This document shows positions 12,234-27,400 of a DNA stretch of 64,000 bases, one piece after another. The translations under genes were made by a program, and so were the position numbers. Position 1 is the first letter of the stretch; every line of letters starts with the position of its first letter. The DNA is taken from assembly GCF_009914755.1 (NCBI RefSeq), contig NC_060940.1. One strand, 5' to 3'. Under the pieces are notes generated by a model. That model saw only the letters and a program-made list of their open reading frames with translations. It searched no databases and had not been told where the DNA came from. This stretch comes from the human T2T-CHM13v2.0 reference genome, Homo sapiens.

Positions 12234-15200
12234 ATTCTATTCCATTCGATGATGATTCCATTCGAGTCCATTCGATGATTCCATTCGAGTCCATTTAATG
12301 ATTCCATTGGGTTCAATTCAATGATGATTACATTGGATTCCGTTCTATGATTCCATTCAATTCCGTTCATTGACAATTTGATTCCATTCGATGATGATTC
12401 CATTTGAGTTCATTCGATGATTCTATTCGATTCTCTTCGATGGTGATTCAATTCTATTATATTGGATGATTCCATTCGATTCCATTTGATGTTGATTCAA
12501 TTCGATTCTATTCGATGATGATTCCATTGGATTTCACTTGATGATTCTATTCGATTCCATTCAATGATGATTCACTTCTCGTCCATTGGATGATTCCATT
12601 TCATTCCATTCGATGATGATTCCATTCGATTCCATTCGATGATTCCATTTGATTCCATGCGTCGGTGAACAATTCGATTCAATTCCATGATGATTCTATT
12701 TGATTCAATTAGATGATGTTTCCATTCGAATCCATTCCATGATTATTCCATTGGAATCCATTCGGCGATGATTCCATATGAGTCAATTCAATGATGATTC
12801 CATATGGGTCCGTTCGATGATAATTCCATTTGATTTCATTCGATGCTTCTATTCTATTCCAGTCGATGATGATTCCGTTGGAGTCCATACGATGATTCCA
12901 TTTGATTTCATTTGATGATGATTCCATTCGATGATGATTACATTGGATTCCATTCTATGATTCCATTCAATTCCATTCGTTGATGATTCGATTCCATTCA
13001 ATGATGATTCCATTTGAGTTCATTCGATGATTCTATTCGATTCCGTTCGATGGTGATTCAATTCTCTTATATTGGATGATTCCAGACGATTCCATTTGAT
13101 GATTATTCCATTGGAATCCACTTAGTGAATCCTTTGGATTCTACTCGACGATGATTCCATTGGAGTCCATTCGATGATACCATTCAATTCCATTCGTTGA
13201 TGCTTCCATTCAAGTGCATTCGATGATATCATTCGATTCCATTTGATGATAATTCCATTTGATTCCATGCGATGATTCTATTCGATTCCATTCAATGATA
13301 ATTCCATTCAATTCAGTGATTCCTCTGGACTCCATTTGATGATGATTCCATTCAATGATTCCATTCGATTCTATTCGAAAATGATTCCATTTGAATCCAT
13401 TTGATGATGATTCCATTAGATTCCATTTGATGATTCCATTCGATTCCATTCGACGATGATTCCATTCGATTCCGTTTGATGATTCCATTCTATTCTATTC
13501 GATGATGATTCCATTCGATTCCATTCGATGATGATTGGATTCGATTCCATTTGATGATTTCATTTGATTCCATTCGTTAATGATTTCGATCAATTCCATT
13601 CGATGATTCCATTCGATTCCATTCGATAATGATTACATCCGAGTCCATTCGATGATTCCATTGGAGCCTGTTCGATAATTCCATTTGAGTCCAACCAATG
13701 ATTCCATTCATTTCCATTCAATGATTCCATTCGAGTCCATTTGATCATTCCGGTAGGGTCCATTCGATGTTGATTCCATTGGAGTGCATTCGATGATTCC
13801 ATTCGAGTCCATTTTAGGATTTGATTCGAGTCCTTTCGATGATTCCATTCGATTCCACTCGATGATGATTTCATTCGAGTCCATTCGACACTTCCAATCG
13901 ATTCCATTTGATGATTCCATTCGAGTCCAATTGATGATTCCATTCAATTCCATTCGATGATGATTCCGTACGATTCCATTCTGTGATGATTCCATGTGAT
14001 TGCATTCAATGATGATTCCTTTCGATTGCATTCGATTATGATTCATTTCGTGTTCATTCTATGGTTCCACAGGTTTCCATTCGTGTCCATTCCATTATTC
14101 CATTCTATTCCATTTGATGATGATTCCATTCGATTCCATTCATTGGTGATTCCACTCAATTCCATTCAATGATTCCATTCCATTTCTTTCAACAATGATT
14201 CCATTAGTTTCTAATCGATGATCCACTTGATTCCATTTGACGACGATTCCATTCTTGTCCATTCGATGATTCCATTTGATTCCATATGATGATGATTCCA
14301 TTCGATTCCATACCATGATGATTCCATTCGAGTCCATTCAATGGTGATTCCATTCAATTCCATTCGATGATTCCTTTTGATTCCATTCGATGATGATGGC
14401 ATTCGATTCCTTTCAATCATTCCCTTTGATTCCATTCAAAGGTGATTTCATTCAAGTCCATTCGATAATTGCATTCGATTCCATTCTATGATGATTCCAT
14501 TCGAGTCCATTTGATGATTCCATTCAATTCAAGTCAATGATGATTCCATTCCATTCCATTCGATGATTCCATTGGATTCCATTCGATGATGATTCCATTC
14601 AAATCCATTCGATAATTCAATTCAAGTCCATTCGATGATGATTCCAATCGAATCCATTCAAAGATTCCATTCAGTTCCATTCGATGATTCCCTTAGATTC
14701 CATTCGATGATTCCACTTGATTGCATTTACGATGATTCCATTCGATTCCATGTGATGATTCCATTCAATTCTATTCAATGATGTCTCCATTTGATTCCAT
14801 TCGACCATGATTGCCTTTGATTCCATTCAATGATTCCATTCGGTTCCGTTTGATGATGATTCCGTTCGATTCCATTTGATGATTCCATTTGATTCCATTG
14901 GATGAGTCCATTCGATTACATTCGATGATTATTCCATTCAAGTGCATTAGATGATTCCATTCGAGTCCATTCGATGATTCCATTCGATTCCATTCGATGT
15001 TGATTCTGTTCAAATCCATTCGATGATTCCACTCGATTCCATTCGTTGACTCCATTTGATCCCATTCGATGATTTCCTTTGATTCCCTTTGATGATCATT
15101 CCATTTGATTCAATTCGGTGATTTCATTTGATTCCATTCAGTGATGTTTCCATTCGACTCCATTCGATGATGATTCCATTCGACTCCATTCGATTATGAT

Positions 15201-18200
15201 TTCATTCAATTCCATTCGATAATGATTCCCTTCGAGTCCATTCGATGATTCCATTCGATTCCATTCAACGATGATTTGATTCGTGTCCATTCGATGATTC
15301 CATTTGATTCCACTTGATGATGATTCCATTCGAGTCCATTTGATGATTCCATTCAATTCCATACTCCGATGATTTCTTTTGAGCCCACTCAATGCTTCCA
15401 CTCGATTCCATATGATGATGACTCCATTCGATGAAATTCGATGATGATTCCATTCGCTTGCTTTCGATGATGATTCCACTTGAGTCCGTTAGAAGATTCT
15501 ATTCAATTACATTCCATGACGATTCCGTTCGAGTCCATTTGATGATTCCATTAGACTCCATTCGACGATGATTCCATTCGATGTTATTCGATGATTCCAT
15601 TCGATCTCATTCGATGATGATTCCATTCAACTCCATTCGATGTTTCCATTCGAGTTCATTCTATTATTCCATTAGATTCCATTCGATGATGATTCCATTC
15701 GATTCCATTTGATGATTGCATTCTATTTCATTTGATGATGATTCCATTCGAGTCCACTCGATGATTCCATTCGAGTCCATTTAATGAATCCATTGGTTTC
15801 GATTCTATGATGATTACTTTGGATTCCATTCGTTGATGATTTCATTCGGTTCCATTCAATGATGATTCCATTCAATTCCTTTCAATGTTTCCATTCAATT
15901 CCATACGATGATGATTCCATTTGATTTGATTCGACAGTGAGCCATTCGATTCAATTCCATGATGATTCTATTTGATTCAATTGGTTGACATTTCCATTCG
16001 ATTCCATTCGATGATGATTCCCTTTGATTCCGTTCAAAGATGATTCCATTCTAGCCCATTCAATCATTCCATTCGATTCTATTCAATGATGATTCCATTC
16101 ATGTCGATTTGGTGATTCCATTTGACTTCATTTGATGATGATTCCTTTCAAGTTCATTAGATGATTCCATTCGATTCCATTTGATGATGATCCCATTCGA
16201 GTCCATTCAGTGATTCCATTCGTTTCCATTCCATGATGATTCCATTCCTTTCCATTCAATGATTCCATTCGATTCCGTTTGATGATGATTTCATTCGAGT
16301 CCATTTGATGATTCCATTTGATTCCATTCGATGATGATTCCATTCGAGTCCATTCGATGATTCTATTCGAATCCATTTGATGATTTCTTTTGATTATATT
16401 TGGTGATGATTCCATTGGAGTCCATTCAATGATTCCATTCTATTCCAATCGATGATGATTCCATTAGAGTCCATTTAATGTTTCCATTTGATTCCAGTCT
16501 CTGATGATTACATTCGAGTCCATACGATGATTCCACTCAATTCCATATGATGATGATTCCATTTGATTCCATTCGGTGATTCCATTCTATTCTATTCAAT
16601 GGTGATTCCATTCGAGTACATTAGATGATTCCATTCGATTCCATTCAATGATGATTCTATTTGTGTCCCTTAGATGATTCCACATGATTCCATTAGATGA
16701 TGATACTATTTGAGCCCATCCAATGATTCCCTTCGATTCCATTCGATGAGGATTCCATTCGATTCAATTCATTGGTGATTCTATTCAATTCAATTCTTTG
16801 ATTCCATTCCATTCCATTCGACAATGATTCCATTCGATTTCTTTCGATGATTCCACTCGATTCCACTTGACATTGATTCCATTCGATTCCATTCAATGAT
16901 TCCATTTGATTCCAGTGGATGATGATTGCCATCGATTCCATTCGATCACTCCATTCTATTCCATTTGATGATGATTACATTCGATTCCATTTGATGATTC
17001 CATCTGATTCTATTCGAGGATTCCATTTGATTCCATTCGATGATGATTCCATTCGAGTCCATTCGATGATTTCATTCGAGTACATCCAATGATTCCATTC
17101 GAGTCCATTAGATGATTCCATTTGATTCCATTTGAAAATGATTCTACTAGAGTCCATTCAATGACTCCATTCGAGTCCATTCAACAATTCCATTCGACTC
17201 CATTCGATGATTCCATTCGATTCCATTTGATGGTTCCATTCGAGTCCATTTAATCATTACAGTCGAGTCCATTTGGTGATTCCACTGGATTTCCTTTGAT
17301 AATGATACCATTCAATTACATTTGATGATGATCCCATTCAATTTCATTTGATGATGATTCCATTAGAGTCCATTCGATGATTTCATTCGAGTCCCTTCAT
17401 TGATTCCATCCGATTTCATTGGATGATGACTCCATTCGAGTCCATTCGATGATTCCACTCGATTCCATTAGATGACTCCATTGGAGTCCATTTGATTGTT
17501 CCATTCGATTCCATTCGATTCCTTTCGAAGATTATTCCATTTGAGTCCATTCGATGATGATTCCATTCCATTCCATTCGATGATTCCGTTTGATTCCATT
17601 CGATGATTCCCTTCGATTCCTTTCTTTGATGATTCCATTCCATTCCATTCAATGATTCCATTCGAATCTATTCCATGATGATTCCTTTCGATTCCATTCG
17701 CTGATGTTTCCGTTCAATTCCATTCGATGATGATTCCATTCGATTCCATTCATTGAGGATTCCATTTGATTCCATTCAATGATGATTCCATTCTATTCCA
17801 TTCAATGATTGCATTCAATTCCATTCAATGATTATCCCATTAGAGTAAACTCAACGATTCCATTCAATACCATTCGATGATGATTCCTTTTGAGTCCATT
17901 CAATGATTTCATTCAAGTCCATTTGATGATTCCTTTCAATTCCATTCTATGATGATTCCATTCGAGTCCATTCGATGATTCCATTCGATTGCATTCGATG
18001 ATTCCATTATATTCCATTCAACGATGATTCCATTCGAGTCCATTCGATGATTCCATTAGAGTACATTTAATGATTGCTTTGTTTTCAATTCGAAGATGAT
18101 TACATTCGATTCCATTCTATGATACCATTCGATTCCATTCAATGATGACTCCACTCAAATCCATTGGATGATTCCATTCGTGTCCATTCGGTGATTTCAT

Positions 18201-18345
18201 TAGATTCCATTCGAGGATGATTCCATTCGATTCCATTCGATGATTCCATTCAATTCCATTCGATGATGATTCCATTCCAGTCCATATGATCATTCCATTT
18301 GATTTCATTCGATGATGATTCCATTCGATTCCATTCGACGATTCC
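12234..18345 (+). repeat. Monomer M3 (6,112 bp), A-type
   Basis: A alleles: GTCGGTGAAC 12661, CCAGACG 13082, ATTACTTTGG ~15813, 81-aa and 132-aa ORF variants. One private SNP, TTGGAGCC at ~13663. Confidence 0.9.
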
Positions 18346-21300
18346 ATTCTATTCCATTCGATGATGATTCCATTCGAGTCCATTCGATGATTCCATTCGA
18401 GTCCATTTAATGATTCCATTGGGTTCAATTCAATGATGATTACATTGGATTCCGTTCTATGATTCCATTCAATTCCGTTCATTGACAATTTGATTCCATT
18501 CGATGATGATTCCATTTGAGTTCATTCGATGATTCTATTCGATTCTCTTCGATGGTGATTCAATTCTATTATATTGGATGATTCCATTCGATTCCATTTG
18601 ATGTTGATTCAATTCGATTCTATTCGATGATGATTCCATTGGATTTCACTTGATGATTCTATTCGATTCCATTCAATGATGATTCACTTCTCGTCCATTG
18701 GATGATTCCATTTCATTCCATTCGATGATGATTCCATTCGATTCCATTCGATGATTCCATTTGATTCCATGCGACGGTGAGCAATTCGATTCAATTCCAT
18801 GATGATTCTATTTGATTCAATTAGATGATGTTTCCATTCGAATCCATTCCATGATTATTCCATTGGAATCCATTCGGCGATGATTCCATATGAGTCAATT
18901 CAATGATGATTGCATATGGGTCCGTTCGATGATAATTCCATTTGATTTCATTCGATGCTTCTATTCTATTCCAGTCGATGATGATTCCGTTGGAGTCCAT
19001 ACGATGATTCCACTTGATTTCATTTCATGATGATTCCATTCGATGACGATTACATTGGATTCCATTCTATGATTCCATTCAATTCCATTCGTTGATGATT
19101 CGATTCCATTCAATGATGATTCCATTTGAGTTCATTCGATGATTCTATTCGATTCCATTCTATGGTGATTCAATTCCCTTATATTGGATGATTCGACTCG
19201 ATTCCATTTGATGAATATTCCATTGGAGTCCACTTAGTGAATCCTTTAGATTCTACTCGACGATGATTCCATTCGAGTCCATTCGATGATACCATTCAAT
19301 TCCATTCGTTGATGCTTCCATTCAAGTGCATTCGATGATATCATTCGATTCCATTTGATGATAATTCCATTTGATTCCATGCGATGATTCTATTCGATTC
19401 CATTCAATGATAATTCCATTCAATTCAGTGATTCCTCTGGACTCCATTTGATGATGATTCCATTCAATGATTCCATTCGATTCTATTCGAAAATGATTCC
19501 ATTTGAATCCATTTGATGATGATTCCATTAGATTCCATTTGATGATTCCATTCGATTCCATTCGACGATGATTCCATTCGATTCCGTTTGATGATTCCAT
19601 TCTATTCTATTCGATGATGATTCCATTCGATTCCATTCGATGATGATTGGATTCGATTCCATTTGATGATTTCATTTGATTCCATTCGTTAATGATTTCG
19701 ATCAATTCCATTCGATGATTCCATTCGATTCCATTCGATAATGATTACATCCGAGTCCATTCGATGATTCCCTTTGAGCCTGTTCGATAATTCCATTTGA
19801 GTCCAACCAATGATTCCATTCATTTCCATTCAATGATTCCATTCGAGTCCATTTGATCATTCCGGTAGGGTCCATTCGATGTTGATTCCATTTGAGTGCA
19901 TTCGATGATTCCATTCGAGTCCATTTTAGGATTTGATTCGAGTCCTTTCGATGATTCCATTCGATTCCACTCGATGATGATTTCATTCGAGTCCATTCGA
20001 CACTTCCAATCGATTCCGTTTGATGATTCCATTCGAGTCCAATTGATGATTCCATTCAATTCCATTCGATGATGATTCCGTACGATTCCATTCTGTGATG
20101 ATTCCATGTGATTGCATTCAATGCTGATTCCTTTCGATTGCATTCGATTATGATTCATTTCGTGTTCATTCTATGGTTCCACAGGTTTCCATTCGTGTCC
20201 ATTCCATTATTCCATTCTATTCCATTTGATGATGATTCCATTCGATTCCATTCATTGGTGATTCCACTCAATTCCATTCAATGATTCCATTCCATTTCTT
20301 TCAACAATGATTCCATTAGTTTCTAATCGATGATCCACTTGATTCCATTTGACGACGATTCCATTCTTGTCCATTCGATGATTCCATTTGATTCCATATG
20401 ATGATGATTCCATTCGATTCCATACCATGATGATTCCATTCGAGTCCATTCAATGGTGATTCCATTCAATTCCATTCGATGATTCCTTTTGATTCCATTC
20501 GATGATGATGGCATTCGATTCCTTTCAATCATTCCCTTTGATTCCATTCAAAGGTGATTTCATTCAAGTCCATTCGATAATTGCATTCGATTCCATTCTA
20601 TGATGATTCCATTCGAGTCCATTTGATGATTCCATTCAATTCAAGTCAATGATGATTCCATTCGATTCCATTCGATGATTCCATTGGATTCCATTCGATG
20701 ATGATTCCATTCAAATCCATTCGATAATTTAATTCAAGTCCATTCGATGATGATTCCAATCGAATCCATTCAAAGATTCCATTCAGTTCCATTCGATGAT
20801 TCCCTTAGATTCCATTCGATGATTCCACTTGATTCCATTTACGATGATTCCATTCGATTCAATGTGATGATTCCATTCAATTCTATTCAATGGTGTCTCC
20901 ATTTGATTCCATTCGACCATGATTGCCTTTGATTCCATTCAATGATTCCATTCGGTTCCGTTTGATGATGATTCCGTTCGATTCCATTTGATGATTCCAT
21001 TTGATTCCATTGGATGAGTCCATTCGATTACATTCGATGATTATTCCATTCGAGTGCATTAGATGATTCCATTCGAGTCCATTCGATGATTCCATTCGAT
21101 TCCATTCGATGTTGATTCTGTTCAAATCCATTCGATGATTCCACTCGATTCCATTCGTTGACTCCATTTGATCCCATTCGATGATTTCCTTTGATTCCCT
21201 TTGATGATCATTCCATTTGATTCAATTCGGTGATTTCATTTGATTCCATTCAGTGATGTTTCCATTCGACTCCATTCGATGATGATTCCATTCGACTCCA

Positions 21301-24300
21301 TTCGATTATGATTTCATTCAATTCCATTCGATAATGATTCCCTTCGAGTCCATTCGATGATTCCATTCGATTCCATTCAACGATGATTTGATTCGTGTCC
21401 ATTCGATGATTCCATTTGATTCCACTTGATGATGATTCCATTCGAGTCCATTTGATGATTCCATTCAATTCCATACTCCGATGATTTCTTTTGAGCCCAC
21501 TCAATGCTTCCACTCGATTCCATATGATGATGACTCCATTCGATGAAATTCGATGATGATTCCATTCGCTTGCTTTCGATGATGATTCCACTTGAGTCCG
21601 TTAGAAGATTCTATTCAATTACATTCCATGACGATTCCGTTCGAGTCCATTTGATGATTCCATTAGACTCCATTCGACGATGATTCCATTCGATGTTATT
21701 CGATGATTCCATTCGATCTCATTCGATGATGATTCCATTCAACTCCATTCGATGTTTCCATTCGAGTTCATTCTATTATTCCATTAGATTCCATTCGATG
21801 ATGATTCCATTCGATTCCATTTGATGATTGCATTCTATTTCATTTGATGATGATTCCATTCGAGTCCACTCGATGATTCCATTCGAGTCCATTTAATGAA
21901 TCCATTGGTTTCGATTCTATGATGATAACATTGGATTCCATTCGTTGATGATTTCATTCGGTTCCATTCAATGATGATTCCATTCAATTCCTTTCAATGT
22001 TTCCATTCAATTCCATACGATGATGATTCCATTTGATTTGATTCGACAGTGAGCCATTCGATTCAATTCCATGATGATTCTATTTGATTCAATTGGTTGA
22101 CATTTCCATTCGATTCCATTCGATGATGATTCCCTTTGATTCCGTTCAAAGATGATTCCATTCTAGCCCATTCAATCATTCCATTCGATTCTATTCAATG
22201 ATGATTCCATTCATGTCGATTTGGTGATTCCATTTGACTTCATTTGATGATGATTCCTTTCAAGTTCATTAGATGATTCCATTCGATTCCATTTGATGAT
22301 GATCCCATTCGAGTCCATTCAGTGATTCCATTCGTTTCCATTCCATGATGATTCCATTCCTTTCCATTCAATGATTCCATTCGATTCCGTTTGATGATAA
22401 TTTCATTCGAGTCCATTTGATGATTCCATTTGATTCCATTCGATGATGATTCCATTCGAGTCCATTCGATGATTCTATTCGAATCCATTTGATGATTTCT
22501 TTTGATTATATTTGGTGATGATTCCATTGGAGTCCATTCAATGATTCCATTCTATTCCAATCGATGATGATTCCATTAGAGTCCATTTAATGATTCCATT
22601 TGATTCCAGTCTCTGATGATTACATTCGAGTCCATACGATGATTCCACTCAATTCCATATGATGATGATTCCATTCGATTCCATTCGGTGATTCCATTCT
22701 ATTCTATTCAATGGTGATTCCATTCGAGTACATTAGATGATTCCATTCGATTCCATTCAATGATGATTCTATTTGTGTCCCTTAGATGATTCCACATGAT
22801 TCCATTAGATGATGATACTATTTGAGCCCATCCAATGATTCCCTTCGATTCCATTCGATGAGGATTCCATTCGATTCAATTCATTGGTGATTCTATTCAA
22901 TTCAATTCTTTGATTCCATTCCATTCCATTCGACAATGATTCCATTCGATTTCTTTCGATGATTCCACTCGATTCCACTTGACATTGATTCCATTCGATT
23001 CCATTCAATGATTCCATTTGATTCCAGTGGATGATGATTGCCATCGATTCCATTCGATCACTCCATTCTATTCCATTTGATGATGATTACATTCGATTCC
23101 ATTTGATGATTCCATCTGATTCTATTCGAGGATTCCATTTGATTCCATTCGATGATGATTCCATTCGAGTCCATTCGATGATTTCATTCGAGTACATCCA
23201 ATGATTCCATTCGAGTCCATTAGATGATTCCATTTGATTCCATTTGAAAATGATTCTACTAGAGTCCATTCAATGACTCCATTCGAGTCCATTCAACAAT
23301 TCCATTCGACTCCATTCGATGATTCCATTCGATTCCATTTGATGGTTCCATTCGAGTCCATTTAATCATTACAGTCGAGTCCATTTGGTGATTCCACTGG
23401 ATTTCTTTTGATAATGATACCATTCAATTACATTTGATGATGATCCCATTCAATTTCATTTGATGATGATTCCATTAGACTCCATTCGATGATTTCATTC
23501 GAGGCCCTTCATTGATTCCATCCGATTTCATTGGATGATGACTCCATTCGAGTCCATTCGATGATTCCACTCGATTCCATTAGATGATTACATTGGAGTC
23601 CATTTGATTGTTCCATTCGATTCCATTCGATTCCTTTCGAAGATTATTCCATTTGAGTCCATTCGACGATGATTCCATTCCATTCCATTCGATGATTCCG
23701 TTTGATTCCATTCGATGATTCCCTTAGATTCCTTTCTGTGATGATTCCATTCCATTCCATTCAATGATTCCATTCGAATCTATTCCATGATGATTCCTTT
23801 CGATTCCATTCGCTGATGTTTCCGTTCAATTCCATTCGATGATGATTCCATTCGATTCCATTCATTGAGGATTCCATTTGATTCCATTCAATGATGATTC
23901 CATTCTATTCCATTCAATGATTGCATTCAATTCCATTCAATGATTATCCCCTTAGAGTAAACTCAACGATTCCATTCAATACCATTCGATGATGATTCCT
24001 TTTGAGTCCATTCAATGATTTCATTCAAGTCCATTTGATGATTCCTTTCAATTCCATTCTATGATGATTCCATTCGAGTCCATTCGATGATTCCATTCGA
24101 TTGCATTCGATGATTCCATTATATTCCATTCAACGGTGATTCCATTCGAGTCCATTCCATGATTCCATTAGAGTACATTTAATGATTGCTTTGTTTTCAA
24201 TTCGAAGATGATTACATTGGATTCCATTCTATGATACCATTCGATTCCATTCAATGATGATTCCACTCAAATCCATTGGATGATTCCATTCGTGTCCATT

Positions 24301-24457
24301 CGGTGATTTCATTAGATTCCATTCGAGGATGATTCCATTCGATTCCATTCGATGATTCTATTCAATTCCATTCGATGATGATTCCATTCCAGTCCATATG
24401 ATCATTCCATTTGATTTCATTCGATGATGATTCCATTCGATTTCATTCGATGATTCC
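18346..24457 (+). repeat. Monomer M4 (6,112 bp), B-type
   Basis: + strand 61-aa ORF at 20747, GAGGCC 23501, ATAACATTGG ~21925. Confidence 0.9.
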
Positions 24458-27400
24458 ATTCTATTCCATTCGATGATGATTCCATTCGAGTCCATTCGAT
24501 CATTCCATTCGAGTCCATTTAATGATTCCATTGGGTTCAATTCAATGATGATTACATTGGATTCCGTTCTATGATTCCATTCAATTCCGTTCATTGACAA
24601 TTTGATTCCATTCGATGATGATTCCATTTGAGTTCATTCGATGATTCTATTCGATTCTCTTCGATGGTGATTCAATTCTATTATATTGGATGATTCCATT
24701 CGATTCCATTTGATGTTGATTCAATTCGATTCTATTCGATGATGATTCCATTGGATTTCACTTGATGATTCTATTCGATTCCATTCAATGATGATTCACT
24801 TCTCGTCCATTGGATGATTCCATTTCATTCCATTCGATGATGATTCCATTCGATTCCATTCGATGATTCCATTTGATTCCATGCGTCGGTGAACAATTCG
24901 ATTCAATTCCATGATGATTCTATTTGATTCAATTAGATGATGTTTCCATTCGAATCCATTCCATGATTATTCCATTGGAATCCATTCGGCGATGATTCCA
25001 TATGAGTCAATTCAATGATGATTCCATATGGGTCCGTTCGATGATAATTCCATTTGATTTCATTCGATGCTTCTATTCTATTCCAGTCGATGATGATTCC
25101 GTTGGAGTCCATACGATGATTCCATTTGATTTCATTTGATGATGATTCCATTCGATGATGATTACATTGGATTCCATTCTATGATTCCATTCAATTCCAT
25201 TCGTTGATGATTCGATTCCATTCAATGATGATTCCATTTGAGTTCATTCGATGATTCTATTCGATTCCGTTCGATGGTGATTCAATTCTCTTATATTGGA
25301 TGATTCCAGACGATTCCATTTGATGATTATTCCATTGGAATCCACTTAGTGAATCCTTTGGATTCTACTCGACGATGATTCCATTGGAGTCCATTCGATG
25401 ATACCATTCAATTCCATTCGTTGATGCTTCCATTCAAGTGCATTCGATGATATCATTCGATTCCATTTGATGATAATTCCATTTGATTCCATGCGATGAT
25501 TCTATTCGATTCCATTCAATGATAATTCCATTCAATTCAGTGATTCCTCTGGACTCCATTTGATGATGATTCCATTCAATGATTCCATTCGATTCTATTC
25601 GAAAATGATTCCATTTGAATCCATTTGATGATGATTCCATTAGATTCCATTTGATGATTCCATTCGATTCCATTCGACGATGATTCCATTCGATTCCGTT
25701 TGATGATTCCATTCTATTCTATTCGATGATGATTCCATTCGATTCCATTCGATGATGATTGGATTCGATTCCATTTGATGATTTCATTTGATTCCATTCG
25801 TTAATGATTTCGATCAATTCCATTCGATGATTCCATTCGATTCCATTCGATAATGATTACATCCGAGTCCATTCGATGATTCCATTTGAGCCTGTTCGAT
25901 AATTCCATTTGAGTCCAACCAATGATTCCATTCATTTCCATTCAATGATTCCATTCGAGTCCATTTGATCATTCCGGTAGGGTCCATTCGATGTTGATTC
26001 CATTGGAGTGCATTCGATGATTCCATTCGAGTCCATTTTAGGATTTGATTCGAGTCCTTTCGATGATTCCATTCGATTCCACTCGATGATGATTTCATTC
26101 GAGTCCATTCGACACTTCCAATCGATTCCATTTGATGATTCCATTCGAGTCCAATTGATGATTCCATTCAATTCCATTCGATGATGATTCCGTACGATTC
26201 CATTCTGTGATGATTCCATGTGATTGCATTCAATGATGATTCCTTTCGATTGCATTCGATTATGATTCATTTCGTGTTCATTCTATGGTTCCACAGGTTT
26301 CCATTCGTGTCCATTCCATTATTCCATTCTATTCCATTTGATGATGATTCCATTCGATTCCATTCATTGGTGATTCCACTCAATTCCATTCAATGATTCC
26401 ATTCCATTTCTTTCAACAATGATTCCATTAGTTTCTAATCGATGATCCACTTGATTCCATTTGACGACGATTCCATTCTTGTCCATTCGATGATTCCATT
26501 TGATTCCATATGATGATGATTCCATTCGATTCCATACCATGATGATTCCATTCGAGTCCATTCAATGGTGATTCCATTCAATTCCATTCGATGATTCCTT
26601 TTGATTCCATTCGATGATGATGGCATTCGATTCCTTTCAATCATTCCCTTTGATTCCATTCAAAGGTGATTTCATTCAAGTCCATTCGATAATTGCATTC
26701 GATTCCATTCTATGATGATTCCATTCGAGTCCATTTGATGATTCCATTCAATTCAAGTCAATGATGATTCCATTCCATTCCATTCGATGATTCCATTGGA
26801 TTCCATTCGATGATGATTCCATTCAAATCCATTCGATAATTCAATTCAAGTCCATTCGATGATGATTCCAATCGAATCCATTCAAAGATTCCATTCAGTT
26901 CCATTCGATGATTCCCTTAGATTCCATTCGATGATTCCACTTGATTGCATTTACGATGATTCCATTCGATTCCATGTGATGATTCCATTCAATTCTATTC
27001 AATGATGTCTCCATTTGATTCCATTCGACCATGATTGCCTTTGATTCCATTCAATGATTCCATTCGGTTCCGTTTGATGATGATTCCGTTCGATTCCATT
27101 TGATGATTCCATTTGATTCCATTGGATGAGTCCATTCGATTACATTCGATGATTATTCCATTCAAGTGCATTAGATGATTCCATTCGAGTCCATTCGATG
27201 ATTCCATTCGATTCCATTCGATGTTGATTCTGTTCAAATCCATTCGATGATTCCACTCGATTCCATTCGTTGACTCCATTTGATCCCATTCGATGATTTC
27301 CTTTGATTCCCTTTGATGATCATTCCATTTGATTCAATTCGGTGATTTCATTTGATTCCATTCAGTGATGTTTCCATTCGACTCCATTCGATGATGATTC

